Shown piece after piece: positions 9,008-17,809 of a stretch of 64,000 nt of DNA. Position numbers and translations under genes: made by a program. The DNA is from Kribbella sp. (GTDB lineage Bacteria; Actinomycetota; Actinomycetes; Propionibacteriales; Kribbellaceae), in the NCBI GenBank assembly GCA_035759015.1, contig DASTVQ010000068.1:10526-74525 (forward strand), given 5' to 3'. Below the pieces are notes generated by a model, which saw only the letters and a program-made list of their open reading frames with translations, had not been told where the DNA came from and ran no database searches. The number at the start of each line of letters is the position of its first letter. The stretch's first letter is position 1.

Positions 9008-9379
9008 ATGGACTGGAAGCTGGAGCTCGTGTCGGTGCCCGTCTCGGACGTGGACCGCGCGAAGGTCTTCTACACCGAGCAGCTCGGCTTCAACGCCGAC
9101 CATGATCACCAGGTGACCGAGGACGTGCGTTTCGTGCAGCTGACCCCGCCCGGCTCCGCCTGCTCCATCGCCATCGGCACCGGGATGCCGCAGGGCGAAC
9201 CGGGATCCGTCCGCGGCCTGCAGGTCGTGGTGTCCGACGTGGCGGCCGCGCGAGCGGAGCTGGTCGAGCGCGGGGTCGAGGTCTCCGAGGTGCAGGAGTT
9301 CCCGTGGGGCAGCTTCGTCTTCTTCGACGACCCGGACGGCAACGGGTGGGCGCTGCAACAGATCCCGATCTACGCCTGA
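9008..9379 (+). CDS. VOC/glyoxalase family protein
   Basis: VPVSDVDRAKVFYTEQLGF, FFDDPDGNGWALQQ; AGGAGG RBS. Confidence 0.92.
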   Translation: MDWKLELVSVPVSDVDRAKVFYTEQLGFNADHDHQVTEDVRFVQLTPPGSACSIAIGTGMPQGEPGSVRGLQVVVSDVAAARAELVERGVEVSEVQEFPWGSFVFFDDPDGNGWALQQIPIYA

Positions 9380-9405
9380 GTTGTCGGCGCGGGCCCGAGG
9401 ACGGC

Positions 9406-9615
9406 TCAGGCCCCGGGATCGCGGAGCAACTGGTCGTCCGGGTCGTCGTCGGAGGCGGTGTCGCTCGACGGTTCGCCGGACTCGATCAGCGGACTGTCGT
9501 CGTCCGGCCGGGTGGTGACGTCGGGAGTCGCGAGGTCCGGGTCGTTCTCGGCATCGGTATCCGGGTCGCGTTCCGGACCATCGAACGGCATCGGGTTGAT
9601 CGGCGTGGTGCTCAT
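9406..9615 (-). CDS. Small acidic, probably disordered hypothetical protein (69 aa)
   Basis: AAGGAGG RBS, D/P-rich, GCTT-N15-GGGTAC at 9653-9677 upstream. Confidence 0.65.
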   Translation of the reverse strand: MSTTPINPMPFDGPERDPDTDAENDPDLATPDVTTRPDDDSPLIESGEPSSDTASDDDPDDQLLRDPGA

Positions 9616-9946
9616 GGCCGTCCTCCTTGTCGGTCTGTGTCCAGTCCGTCAGGTACCCAGCCCGGGCCGCCCCAAGCGGCTCCACCCTGCGAGCCGACCG
9701 AGCTCTGGATCCGGTCGGACATGAATGTGTCGGCGGGGGGTACTAGGTGACGAGGTCCGGTCGGCCACGGTGGGAGCCGACCGGACCCATCCATCCCCGA
9801 TGCACCGACGCGGGCGGCCTGGGCGATCAGGGCAGGCGCCAGTCGTCGTCGTGAAGGCGGCGAAGTTCCTTGCGCTGCAAGGCGTTTCGTGGAGTGCTGC
9901 GGGGGTTACCACAGCGGCAGGATCGCAGCGGAAGGAGACGTCAACC

Positions 9947-10750
9947 ATGACGCCGACAACACACGAGCAGGGCAGTCCGACGGCGCCGCCGAGCGGCGCC
10001 GGCTCCACCGGCACTGGTCTCACGGGGGCAGCTCGGGACGAGGCCGGGCATCTCAGGGACACCACCGTCGGGGCCTCGCAGCAGGTGACGGGAACGGCGA
10101 AGGAGAAGGCGGGCGAGGTGGCGGCCGACGTCCGCCAGCAGGCCCGGCAGCTCGCCGGCGAGACGCGCGACCAGGTCGCACAGCAGGCGAGCCAGCAGCG
10201 CGACCGGGCCGTCGAGGGGCTTCGATCGGTCGGTGATGAGCTGCGCGGCATGGCCGAGCACGGACAGTCGGGTTGGGCCGCGCAGTTCGTCCGGCAGGGC
10301 GCCGACTGGACCGACCAGGCCGCCGACTTCCTCAAGAACCGGGGGGCGGGAGACATCCTCGACGACGTCCGCCGGGTGGCGCGTCGTCGGCCGGGGACGT
10401 TCCTGCTGGTGGCCGCCGCCGCAGGGGTCGCCGCCGGAAGGTTGTCCAGGGCAATGGCTGCCGGAAGCACCGACAACGGTTCAGAGCCGGACGCTGCCGG
10501 AAGCACCGACAGCGGTTCAGAGCCGGACCAGGAGTGGTACGGCGACACGTCCGCCATGAGCGGCGTCGATACCACGATGCCGGGCGGTACGCCGACAAGC
10601 AGCCCGATGACCGGGATGACCGGTACGCCCGGCGAGATGACGCCGCCCGCGGACGACCGGCTGATGCCACCGACGCCCTCCCCAGTGGCTCCGGACCCGG
10701 ACCCAGGCGCCCCGGTGCAGCCCGGGTTCGGCCCGTGGACGGGTCGGTGA
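9947..10750 (+). CDS. LEA-like helical-repeat / YqjD-like membrane-anchored protein
   Basis: AAGGAG RBS; A/Q/E-rich helical repeats, ARRRPGTFLLVAAAAGVAAGRL anchor; GTTT-N15-GGGTTA at 9884-9908. Confidence 0.75.
   Translation: MTPTTHEQGSPTAPPSGAGSTGTGLTGAARDEAGHLRDTTVGASQQVTGTAKEKAGEVAADVRQQARQLAGETRDQVAQQASQQRDRAVEGLRSVGDELRGMAEHGQSGWAAQFVRQGADWTDQAADFLKNRGAGDILDDVRRVARRRPGTFLLVAAAAGVAAGRLSRAMAAGSTDNGSEPDAAGSTDSGSEPDQEWYGDTSAMSGVDTTMPGGTPTSSPMTGMTGTPGEMTPPADDRLMPPTPSPVAPDPDPGAPVQPGFGPWTGR
10457..10528 (+). repeat. 36-bp in-frame tandem duplication (2 copies, 1 mismatch)
   Basis: GCTGCCGGAAGCACCGACA(A/G)CGGTTCAGAGCCGGAC twice, encoding AAGSTD(N/S)GSEPD. Confidence 0.9.
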
Positions 10751-10757
10751 GCCGACG

Positions 10758-11177
10758 ATGACCGGCCCATCGGAAATCACAGAGCATGGCGCGATGCCGG
10801 CGGACTCCTCGCTCGGGGCGATGGTCTCCCAGCTGACCTCCGACCTGAGCACGCTGACCCGGCAGGAGCTGGCGCTGGCCAAGACGGAGCTGCGGGAGGA
10901 GGCGAAGAAGGCCGGCAAGGGCGCCGGGATGCTCGGCGGCGCCGCGTTCGCCGGCTGGATGCTCGCACTGTTCGTCTCGCTCACCCTGATGTGGGCCTTG
11001 AACGAGGTGATGCACATCGCCTGGGCGGCGCTGATCGTCGCCGCGGTCTGGGCGATCGCCGCGGCCGTGCTGCTGACCGCCGGCCGTAAGGCCATGCGCG
11101 AGGTCAACCCGACACCGGACCAGACGGTCGATTCCCTGAAGGAGGACGCGAAATGGCTGAAGGCACAGAAGAGCTGA
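10758..11177 (+). CDS. Holin-like (Phage_holin_3_6 / YqjE-like) two-TM membrane protein
   Basis: SLGAMVSQLTSDLSTLTRQELALAKTEL, two TM segments, PDQTVDSLKED tail. Confidence 0.88.
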   Translation: MTGPSEITEHGAMPADSSLGAMVSQLTSDLSTLTRQELALAKTELREEAKKAGKGAGMLGGAAFAGWMLALFVSLTLMWALNEVMHIAWAALIVAAVWAIAAAVLLTAGRKAMREVNPTPDQTVDSLKEDAKWLKAQKS

Positions 11178-11809
11178 AGCGCGACATCGAGGCCACGCGG
11201 CGCAACCTCAGCCGGGACGTGGACGCCCTGACCGACAAGGTCAGCCCGACCCGGGTGGTCGGGCGGCGGGTGGATCGTGCCAGGGGCGGCATGCAGCGTA
11301 TGAAGGAGGCAGTGATGGGCACAGCAGACTCCGGCCGTTCCGTCGTCGGCGACAAGGTGGGCTCGGTGCAGGACGTGGCGGGCTCGGCGGCGTCCTCCGT
11401 GCAGGAGGCGGGCGGGCGCGTCGGGCAGGCGGTGAAGGAGGCGCCGGACGCCGCTCGTGCGCAGACCCGTGGCGCTCCCCTCGCGGCTGGGCTGGTCGCC
11501 TTCGCCGCCGGTTGGGTGGTCTCCGCCGCCCTCCCGCCGAGTCGGCGCGAACGCGACCTGGCGCAGCAGGCAAAGGACAAGGCCGCCGAGGCGGCCGGCC
11601 CGATCAAGGAACACGCGGTCGAGGCTGCGTACGAGCTGAAGGAGAACCTCCAACAGCCGGCGCAGGAGGCGGTCGAGCACGTCCGGGAGACGGCAGGCGA
11701 GGCGGCCGGAACAGTCGCCGAGGAGGGCAGGTCGGCCGCATGGGACGTGACCGCCGAGTCCAAGGACGCGGCGGGCCGACTCCACCAGACCGGTTCATCC
11801 GGCAGCTGA
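11153..11809 (+). CDS. DUF3618 domain protein
   Basis: ELKRDIEATRRNLSRDVDALTDKVSP; PLAAGLVAFAAGWVVSAALP. Confidence 0.88.
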   Translation: MAEGTEELKRDIEATRRNLSRDVDALTDKVSPTRVVGRRVDRARGGMQRMKEAVMGTADSGRSVVGDKVGSVQDVAGSAASSVQEAGGRVGQAVKEAPDAARAQTRGAPLAAGLVAFAAGWVVSAALPPSRRERDLAQQAKDKAAEAAGPIKEHAVEAAYELKENLQQPAQEAVEHVRETAGEAAGTVAEEGRSAAWDVTAESKDAAGRLHQTGSSGS

Positions 11810-12607
11810 ACCGTCCGCCCGAAGCTGCCTTTCGTGTCGCCCACCGGCCTCCGGTGGGCGACACGTCAGGTCTGCCAGCAGCTCGTCGGCGCGAGCCATC
11901 GTCAGCGCGTCGGCCCGGTCATGACGAAGGGCGGCCAGGAAACGCATCGACAGCTCGCGCAGCGGCAGGTTGGTGCGGCGCGAGTACCAGACCAGCATCG
12001 CGAAGGCCGCGTCGGCATCGAGTCCGTACAGGGCCATCAGCACACCTTTGGCCTGGTCGATCTGGCCCCGCGTCAGCAGTGCGCGGTGCAAGTTGCGAAC
12101 CTCGGCCAGCAGCACGTCGAGCTCGGGATCCGGCGCGCCGGGACCGGCCATCAACTCGTCGACCGCGTCCTCCAGGGTGGAGAAGGTCCGGATGAGCGGC
12201 GTCTGCCTGCCGGCCGCCAGAACCCGCAGCCTCTCGCGGTTGGCCGGGGCCAGGCCGGTGACGGCCACCGGCAGGTCGTCCATGCCGGTCACGCTCAGCG
12301 CCTCGACCAGGCCGGTAAGGCCGTCGGCGTCGCAGGTCACCAGCTCGGAGGTGTCGACGACGACCCGCTCCGGCCGCTGCCCGAGGGCGCTCCGGAAGGT
12401 CTGGCGCAGCTGCGACCGGACCGCGCCACGGAGGTGACCCGCGAGGCTGCTGATCAGCAGCTGCGGTGCGAAGTCGAGCGTGATCTCAAGCCCCGGTCCG
12501 GGTACGACCGACCTTTCGAAGTGGCCGGCTCGCGGAGCCTGGTGGGAGCGGGAACCGGATTCGTCCAACTCGGCATCCTCACGAGACGAGCGTGGGGCCG
12601 GCTGCAC
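11795..12607 (-). CDS. STAS + ANTAR domain protein (start uncertain)
   Basis: STAS-like VVVDTSELVTCDADGLTGLV; ANTAR RGQIDQAKGVLMALYGLDADAAFAMLVWYSR. Confidence 0.8.
   Translation of the reverse strand: MQPAPRSSREDAELDESGSRSHQAPRAGHFERSVVPGPGLEITLDFAPQLLISSLAGHLRGAVRSQLRQTFRSALGQRPERVVVDTSELVTCDADGLTGLVEALSVTGMDDLPVAVTGLAPANRERLRVLAAGRQTPLIRTFSTLEDAVDELMAGPGAPDPELDVLLAEVRNLHRALLTRGQIDQAKGVLMALYGLDADAAFAMLVWYSRRTNLPLRELSMRFLAALRHDRADALTMARADELLADLTCRPPEAGGRHERQLRADGSAAG
11833..11865. terminator. Perfect 15-bp hairpin at convergent gene junction
   Basis: CGTGTCGCCCACCGG-CCT-CCGGTGGGCGACACG. Confidence 0.7.
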
Positions 12608-12661
12608 TCTGAACCGATTTCAACGGTAGGCACGCGGACGGACCTTTGTCGAGGCCCAGGA

Positions 12662-13465
12662 TCAGGCGGCCAGGTCCGACCTCAGTGTGGTCAGGATCCG
12701 TTGCAGCAGCCGCGACACCTGCATCTGACTGACCCCGATCTCGGCGGCGATCTCGGCCTGGGTCCAGTAGTCGACGAACCGCCTGCGCAGGATCAGCTGA
12801 TCGCGGTCGGCCAGCTTGGCCACGGCCGGGCGGAGTGACTCCACCTGATCCACCAGCACATACGTGTCGGACTGGTCCGACATCATGCTCCCCAGCGGTT
12901 GCGACGAGTCGGTGGTCACCGGGGCATCCAGCGAGAGGGGGTTGAAACAGCCTTGCGCCCGCTGCGCGTCGGCCACCTGCTCCGCCGGTACGCCTATGTG
13001 CTCGGCGAGTTCCTCGTGCGAGGGCCAGCGGTGCAGCCGGGCGACGAGCACGCTCTCGGCCGCGTTGATCGCGGCCTGCAGGTCCTGGATGCGCCGCGGC
13101 GGGCGGACCGTCCACGCGTTGTCGCGGAAGTGTCGCTTGAGCTCCCCGCGAATGGTGGGGATCGCGTACGACCGGAAGTCCGTGGTCGAGTCGGGCCGGT
13201 AGCCCCGGGCGGCCTTGACCAGACCGACGTACGCGACCTGGACGAGATCCTCGGTGTCGACCCCGCGGCCGTCGTACCGGGCGGCGAGCGTGCGGGCCAT
13301 CGGCGCGCTCTGCACGATGGCGCTGTCCAGCAGCTCGGACCGGCGCGGGTCACGCTCTCGTGCCGCTCGCCGGAGCAGTCGTTCCGCCTCGGCGGACCGT
13401 TGTTCGCGCTGCGACAGCTCGGTGGTGGCGGGCGGCTTCCTGAAGGGTGTGTCGGAACTGGTCAT
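12662..13465 (-). CDS. SigB/SigF/SigG family sigma factor (second copy)
   Basis: EDLVQVAYVGLVKAA, YAIPTIRGELKRHFRD, TQAEIAAEIGVSQMQVSRLL. Confidence 0.95.
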   Translation of the reverse strand: MTSSDTPFRKPPATTELSQREQRSAEAERLLRRAARERDPRRSELLDSAIVQSAPMARTLAARYDGRGVDTEDLVQVAYVGLVKAARGYRPDSTTDFRSYAIPTIRGELKRHFRDNAWTVRPPRRIQDLQAAINAAESVLVARLHRWPSHEELAEHIGVPAEQVADAQRAQGCFNPLSLDAPVTTDSSQPLGSMMSDQSDTYVLVDQVESLRPAVAKLADRDQLILRRRFVDYWTQAEIAAEIGVSQMQVSRLLQRILTTLRSDLAA

Positions 13466-13532
13466 GGTTGCACCCAGTCGCTTTGTCCGGCCTGGTTGGC
13501 AAGGGGTTGGGCCACGGCCGTAGGGCAACCCC

Positions 13533-13557
13533 GTACCCATGACCTCAGATGCCAATC
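13533..13557 (-). promoter_or_regulatory. Putative SigB/SigF-type promoter of sigma gene 2
   Basis: GATT-N15-GGGTAC on minus strand, about 67 nt upstream of ATG 13465. Confidence 0.6.
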
Positions 13558-13623
13558 AGTGAACGCGCCAGGCGCAAGACGATGGGAAGGTCCGTGCCCC
13601 CGAGCAGGTCACGGACCTTCGGC

Positions 13624-14037
13624 TCAGATGGAGATCGCCTCGGTGACTGCGCCGACCTTGTCCTCCGGCAACGACCTGGCGACGTCGGCGAGACTGATCA
13701 TGCCGACCAGGTTGTGTCCGTCGATCACCGGGAGGCGGCGGACCTGGTGCTCCGACATGGTTGCCAACACCTCCTCGACCGGGTCGTCCGCGCCGATGGT
13801 GACCGGCTTGCCGCCGGCCAGCTGGCCGGCTGTCATCGACGCCGGATCGCCGCCGGCGGCCAGGCAGTCGACGACGATGTCGCGGTCGGTCACCATGCCC
13901 TTCAACCGGTTGTCCTCGCCGCAGATCGGCAGCGCGCCGACGTTCTCGTCGCGCAGCTTCTTCGCCACCTCGATCAACGTCTCGTTCTCTGCGGCGCACA
14001 CCGCCGAGGCGGTCATGATCTCGCGAGCCGTGGTCAT
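13624..14037 (-). CDS. CBS-domain protein (Hrp1/Rv2626c-like)
   Basis: MTTAREIMT, VGALPICGEDNRLKGMVTDRDIVV, QVRRLPVIDGHNLVGMIS; AAGGAG RBS; GCTT-N16-GGGTAC at 14095-14120. Confidence 0.92.
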   Translation of the reverse strand: MTTAREIMTASAVCAAENETLIEVAKKLRDENVGALPICGEDNRLKGMVTDRDIVVDCLAAGGDPASMTAGQLAGGKPVTIGADDPVEEVLATMSEHQVRRLPVIDGHNLVGMISLADVARSLPEDKVGAVTEAISI

Positions 14038-14231
14038 GGTCGTACTCCTTCCGTAGCTGGACGGATTCCACCGGCCTGACGGCCGACCGGCTGGGTACCC
14101 CACGGCGGGCCCGGCCAAGCAGGTTCGGCCATGGGTACCGTGGGGGAGCGTCGTCGGCTCCGCGACAGCTTCGGCCAGAGTTGTCGTCGTCGGCGTTCTT
14201 CGCGGACCCCTGGTCCGGGACAGGTGAATCG

Positions 14232-14978
14232 ATGGCAACTGAAGATCCGCAGCGCCACGATCAGACCGACGTGGTCACCGCACTCCACACGCTGCTGGTG
14301 AACGCACCGAGCGTCGACGAGTTCCTGGACCAGCTGGCCGACGTGGCGGCCCGCGTCCTGGACCCGCCGGCCTCCTGCGGTGTCACCACGCGGTACGAGG
14401 GCCATCCGCTGACCGTCGCCACCAGCGACGACCGCGCGGCCATCATCGACGAGGACCAGTACGGCGCGGGCGAAGGCCCGTGTCTGGAGTCGATGCGAAC
14501 CGGTGAGGTGATCGAGGTCAGCGATCAGTGCGCCGATGACCGGTGGGACGCTTACCGGCAGAAGGCCGTGGAGCACGGCGTGCGCTGCTCGCTCAGCAAC
14601 CCGCTGGTCGTGGACGATCACCCGGTGGGGGCGTTGAATCTCTACGTTTTCGACCGGCCGGATGCCTTCGACGACGAGAACCGACAGCGAACCTCGTTGT
14701 TCGCGGCGCAAGCCTCGGCTGCGCTGACGTTGGCGGTCAGATCCGCCCAGCAGACCGAGCTGGCGGCTCAGCTGGAGCAGGCGCTGTCCTCGCGCACCGT
14801 CATCGACCAGGCGATCGGCCTGCTGATGGGCCAGCAGCGCTGCGATGCGGACACGGCCTTCACCCTCCTTCGTAAGCACTCGCAGAACAACAACCTCAAA
14901 CTCCGCGACGTCGCCGTCGAGCTCATCACCCGGGTGAGCGGCCACCCGCCGGTCTCGGGTCGGCCGTTCGAAAATTAG
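14232..14978 (+). CDS. GAF + ANTAR domain protein
   Basis: DEDQYGAGEGPCL, VGALNLY; ANTAR SRTVIDQAIGLLMGQQRCDADTAFTLLRKHSQNNNLKLRDVA. Confidence 0.92.
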   Translation: MATEDPQRHDQTDVVTALHTLLVNAPSVDEFLDQLADVAARVLDPPASCGVTTRYEGHPLTVATSDDRAAIIDEDQYGAGEGPCLESMRTGEVIEVSDQCADDRWDAYRQKAVEHGVRCSLSNPLVVDDHPVGALNLYVFDRPDAFDDENRQRTSLFAAQASAALTLAVRSAQQTELAAQLEQALSSRTVIDQAIGLLMGQQRCDADTAFTLLRKHSQNNNLKLRDVAVELITRVSGHPPVSGRPFEN

Positions 14979-15250
14979 GCACAGTGCGCCGCATTCCGGA
15001 CAGGGTGCCGTTTCTTGCTCGGTACGGGTAGGCTCCACGCAGGTTGGGAAGTCAGCCGGTGTCGTTGAGACGCCGCAGCTGCGCCTTGAGGACGACGATG
15101 AGCGACTTCCCACCCGGACGATCTGGACGTCAGGTCGGCCCTGCCGGCGGACCCGGCTCCCGCCCCATCCGACCGAACGGCGTTCATCACGCCGCGGTCG
15201 AACCTGCCTGTGCGATCGATGGAGCCGTACCACGACCAGGTGCACAGGCC

Positions 15251-16090
15251 ATGGTCGGCTCGTCCTTGACAACCGGTGAAACGGCTGTCGAGGGGCAGAT
15301 CGTCTCGGAGGTGCTGGTCGATCACGACCCTGTCAGGGTCGATGCCCAGCCCGACGGCCCTGTTCTGGCGATCGCCGCGGAGCCCCTGACGGGTCGTGGA
15401 CCGAAACTGGACTCGGCGATCGCCGCGGAGTTCGCGCGGATGGCCGTCGAGCTGTTCCACGAGCCCAGCGTCGAGGAGACGATCGACAAGGTGCTCGAGT
15501 TCGCGCTGCGGGCCGTTGCCTGTGACGCCGCCGGAGTGCTGTTGGTGCGCAAGGGCGGCAAGGTCGAGGTCGCGGCGGCCACCGACCAGCTGGCCGTCTC
15601 AGCGGCGGAGGCGCAGATCGAGTGTGGTGAGGGGCCTGGTCTGACGGTGCTGAAGCAAGCGCCCGGGCTGATGGTTCCGGACGCGGCGCTGGAGCGCCGC
15701 TGGCCACGATGGACGGAACGGATGACGGCTCTCGGGGTGCGCAGCGTGCTGAGCGTGCGGCTGTGCGCGGGCGGGTCGCCCCTCGGAGCGCTCGACCTGT
15801 ACGACGCGGAGCCGGACAGGTTCGACGCGGACGACGAGGCCGTGGCGCAGATCCTCGGCCGGCACGCCTCGGTGGCACTGTCCCAGGCCCGGCAGGAGTC
15901 GACTCTGTGGCAGGCGATCGATGCCCGGAAGCTGATCGGGCAGGCGCAGGGCATGCTGATGGAGCGGTTCGACCTCGACGCCGACCAGGCCTTCGCGGTG
16001 CTGCGACGCTACTCGCAGGACTACAACGTCAAGCTGCGGGAGGTGGCCCAGCGGTTGGTGGAGACCCGCAGGCTGCCGACGGACGGCTGA
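15251..16090 (+). CDS. GAF + ANTAR domain protein (start uncertain)
   Basis: QIECGEGP, RWPRW, LGALDLY; ANTAR ARKLIGQAQGMLMERFDLDADQAFAVLRRYSQDYNVKLREVA. Confidence 0.9.
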   Translation: MVGSSLTTGETAVEGQIVSEVLVDHDPVRVDAQPDGPVLAIAAEPLTGRGPKLDSAIAAEFARMAVELFHEPSVEETIDKVLEFALRAVACDAAGVLLVRKGGKVEVAAATDQLAVSAAEAQIECGEGPGLTVLKQAPGLMVPDAALERRWPRWTERMTALGVRSVLSVRLCAGGSPLGALDLYDAEPDRFDADDEAVAQILGRHASVALSQARQESTLWQAIDARKLIGQAQGMLMERFDLDADQAFAVLRRYSQDYNVKLREVAQRLVETRRLPTDG

Positions 16091-16232
16091 CCGGCGAAGG
16101 CCTGGAGAACTGTTCCGGGCAGTTTGAACTGTCGCTGTCGCAGGCCGTCCGGCCGGTTGTACTGTGGGTCCTGGTTGAGCAGCCAGTCGGCGTTGGATGC
16201 GTCGGCGACTGCGGTCCCTCCCGAGGACGACG

Positions 16233-16529
16233 ATGACCGATCTGCATCATTCCGAAGCCGGCGTGCGACGTCAGCGCACTGGCGGGACCTCCCGCCGCGC
16301 CGCGGCCACGCCTGAGTCCCGCGGGACCCGGACGAGGTCCGGGCACCGCGCTTCCACGTCCCTGGAGCTCGGTTCCGGACCGGTCTCCGTGCAGGTGCGG
16401 ATCGGCGAGCGCTGGATCGCGGGCCAGGCGCTCACCCGTCGGGCGGACGCCGCCGGCCATGGCGAGGTGCTGGTCAGCCACCACGGGCACCTGGTGTGGG
16501 TCGCCCAGCACGACGTTCGCGTGCCTTAG
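16233..16529 (+). CDS. Hypothetical protein with beta-rich C-terminus
   Basis: GAGGA RBS, ATG, high GC3; VSVQVRIGERWIAG...EVLVSHHGHLVWV. Confidence 0.55.
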   Translation: MTDLHHSEAGVRRQRTGGTSRRAAATPESRGTRTRSGHRASTSLELGSGPVSVQVRIGERWIAGQALTRRADAAGHGEVLVSHHGHLVWVAQHDVRVP

Positions 16530-16568
16530 CCACGGCCTAGTCGGAGCGTCCTCTGGCCGGCGCGGGGA

Positions 16569-17547
16569 TCAGCGGTCGGCGACGGCTTTGGCGACCAGGG
16601 CGCCCACCTGCTCGGCGGCACTGGCCTCGGTCGGGTTGAAGCGGTTCTTGGTCAGTGCGAACGCGATACCCGTGGCCGTGTCGGCGTACGCGGTGCTTCC
16701 GCCCATGCCCTGCATGCCGAATGCCGTCGGGCTCTGGTCCGGCGTGGAGCCAGGACGACCGATGGCGTAACCGAGACCCCAGGTGACCGGGAGGCCCATC
16801 AGCTCGTCCACTGCGATGAGCGCCGGTGCGGAGATCCGCCGGAGGCAGCCGTCGGCATCACGGCGGCCGGGGACACCTTGGCGAACATGTCGGCCATCAT
16901 GGCCAGCATCTCCTGGATGCCGTCCGGCTCGTCCAGTCTGGCCACCCGGTCGAGCGCGTCCGCCGGAACGCCGAAGAACAACTCGTCGGCGACACCGAGC
17001 GGTCCGGCGACGTCATCTCGCAGGACCTGGGAGATCGGCCTGCCGGCCGCGCGGCGGACCAGCTCACCGACGATGAAGCCGAACGTGTGGGCGTGGTAGG
17101 TCATCTTGGTGCCCGGCTCCCACCACGGCTCGGCCGCGGCGATCACACTGGTCATCTTGTCCCAGGTCGTCAGGTCCTCGACTGTCGTTTCGGCGGGTAC
17201 GGCCGGTAGGCCGACCGAGTGCGTCAGCACGTGTCGCAGTGTGGCGGACTCCTTGCCGTGGGCGCCGAACTCGGGCCACAGGTCGACGATCGGTGCGTCG
17301 TATCGAGCAGGCCCCGCTCGGCCAGCACGTGCGCCACCGTCGCGGTCACGCCCTTCCCGGTCGAGGCGCTGTAGAAGGGCGTGTCCGAGGTGACGGCCCG
17401 GCCGGTCTCGGGATCGGCCAGTCCCGCGACGGCATCGACGACCAGCTCGCCCTGGTCGTACACGGCGACCTGCAGACCTGTCTCGGCACCGGACTCGACC
17501 AGATCGTCGATGGACTCCTGGACGAGCTTCTGGAGGTTGTCGGTCAC
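16569..17547 (-). pseudogene. Serine hydrolase (beta-lactamase/esterase family) pseudogene
   Basis: SxxK (STGK), LTHSVGL, YHAHTFG spread over three ORFs; 1-nt loss near 17303 and frame-shifting deletion near 16845. Confidence 0.85.
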
Positions 17548-17809
17548 GGTGATCGTCCTGTCTGGGGTGGGGAAGCCTGAGGCGCTGTCACGGGTCGGTC
17601 GGAGCGCCTACGGGTTCTTGACATCCGGTCTGCGGTGTCTCCGGCCGGCGACCGTACGACGCCAACGCCGCCCGGATCCTCGGCAGCGCCTCTTGACCAG
17701 CGAAGGTCGATTTTCACTCGCGGCGTGTCTGGCGGGTCTACCCGGCCCATCATGGATGCGTCAGGCAAGATGCACGCGCGGGGAGTGACTGGCACAGAGG
17801 GGTGGCAGG

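Noticed and set aside
10758-11177. Holin-like gene as evidence of a prophage
   Set aside because: No integrase, capsid, terminase or lysin genes; this family is a common chromosomal membrane protein.
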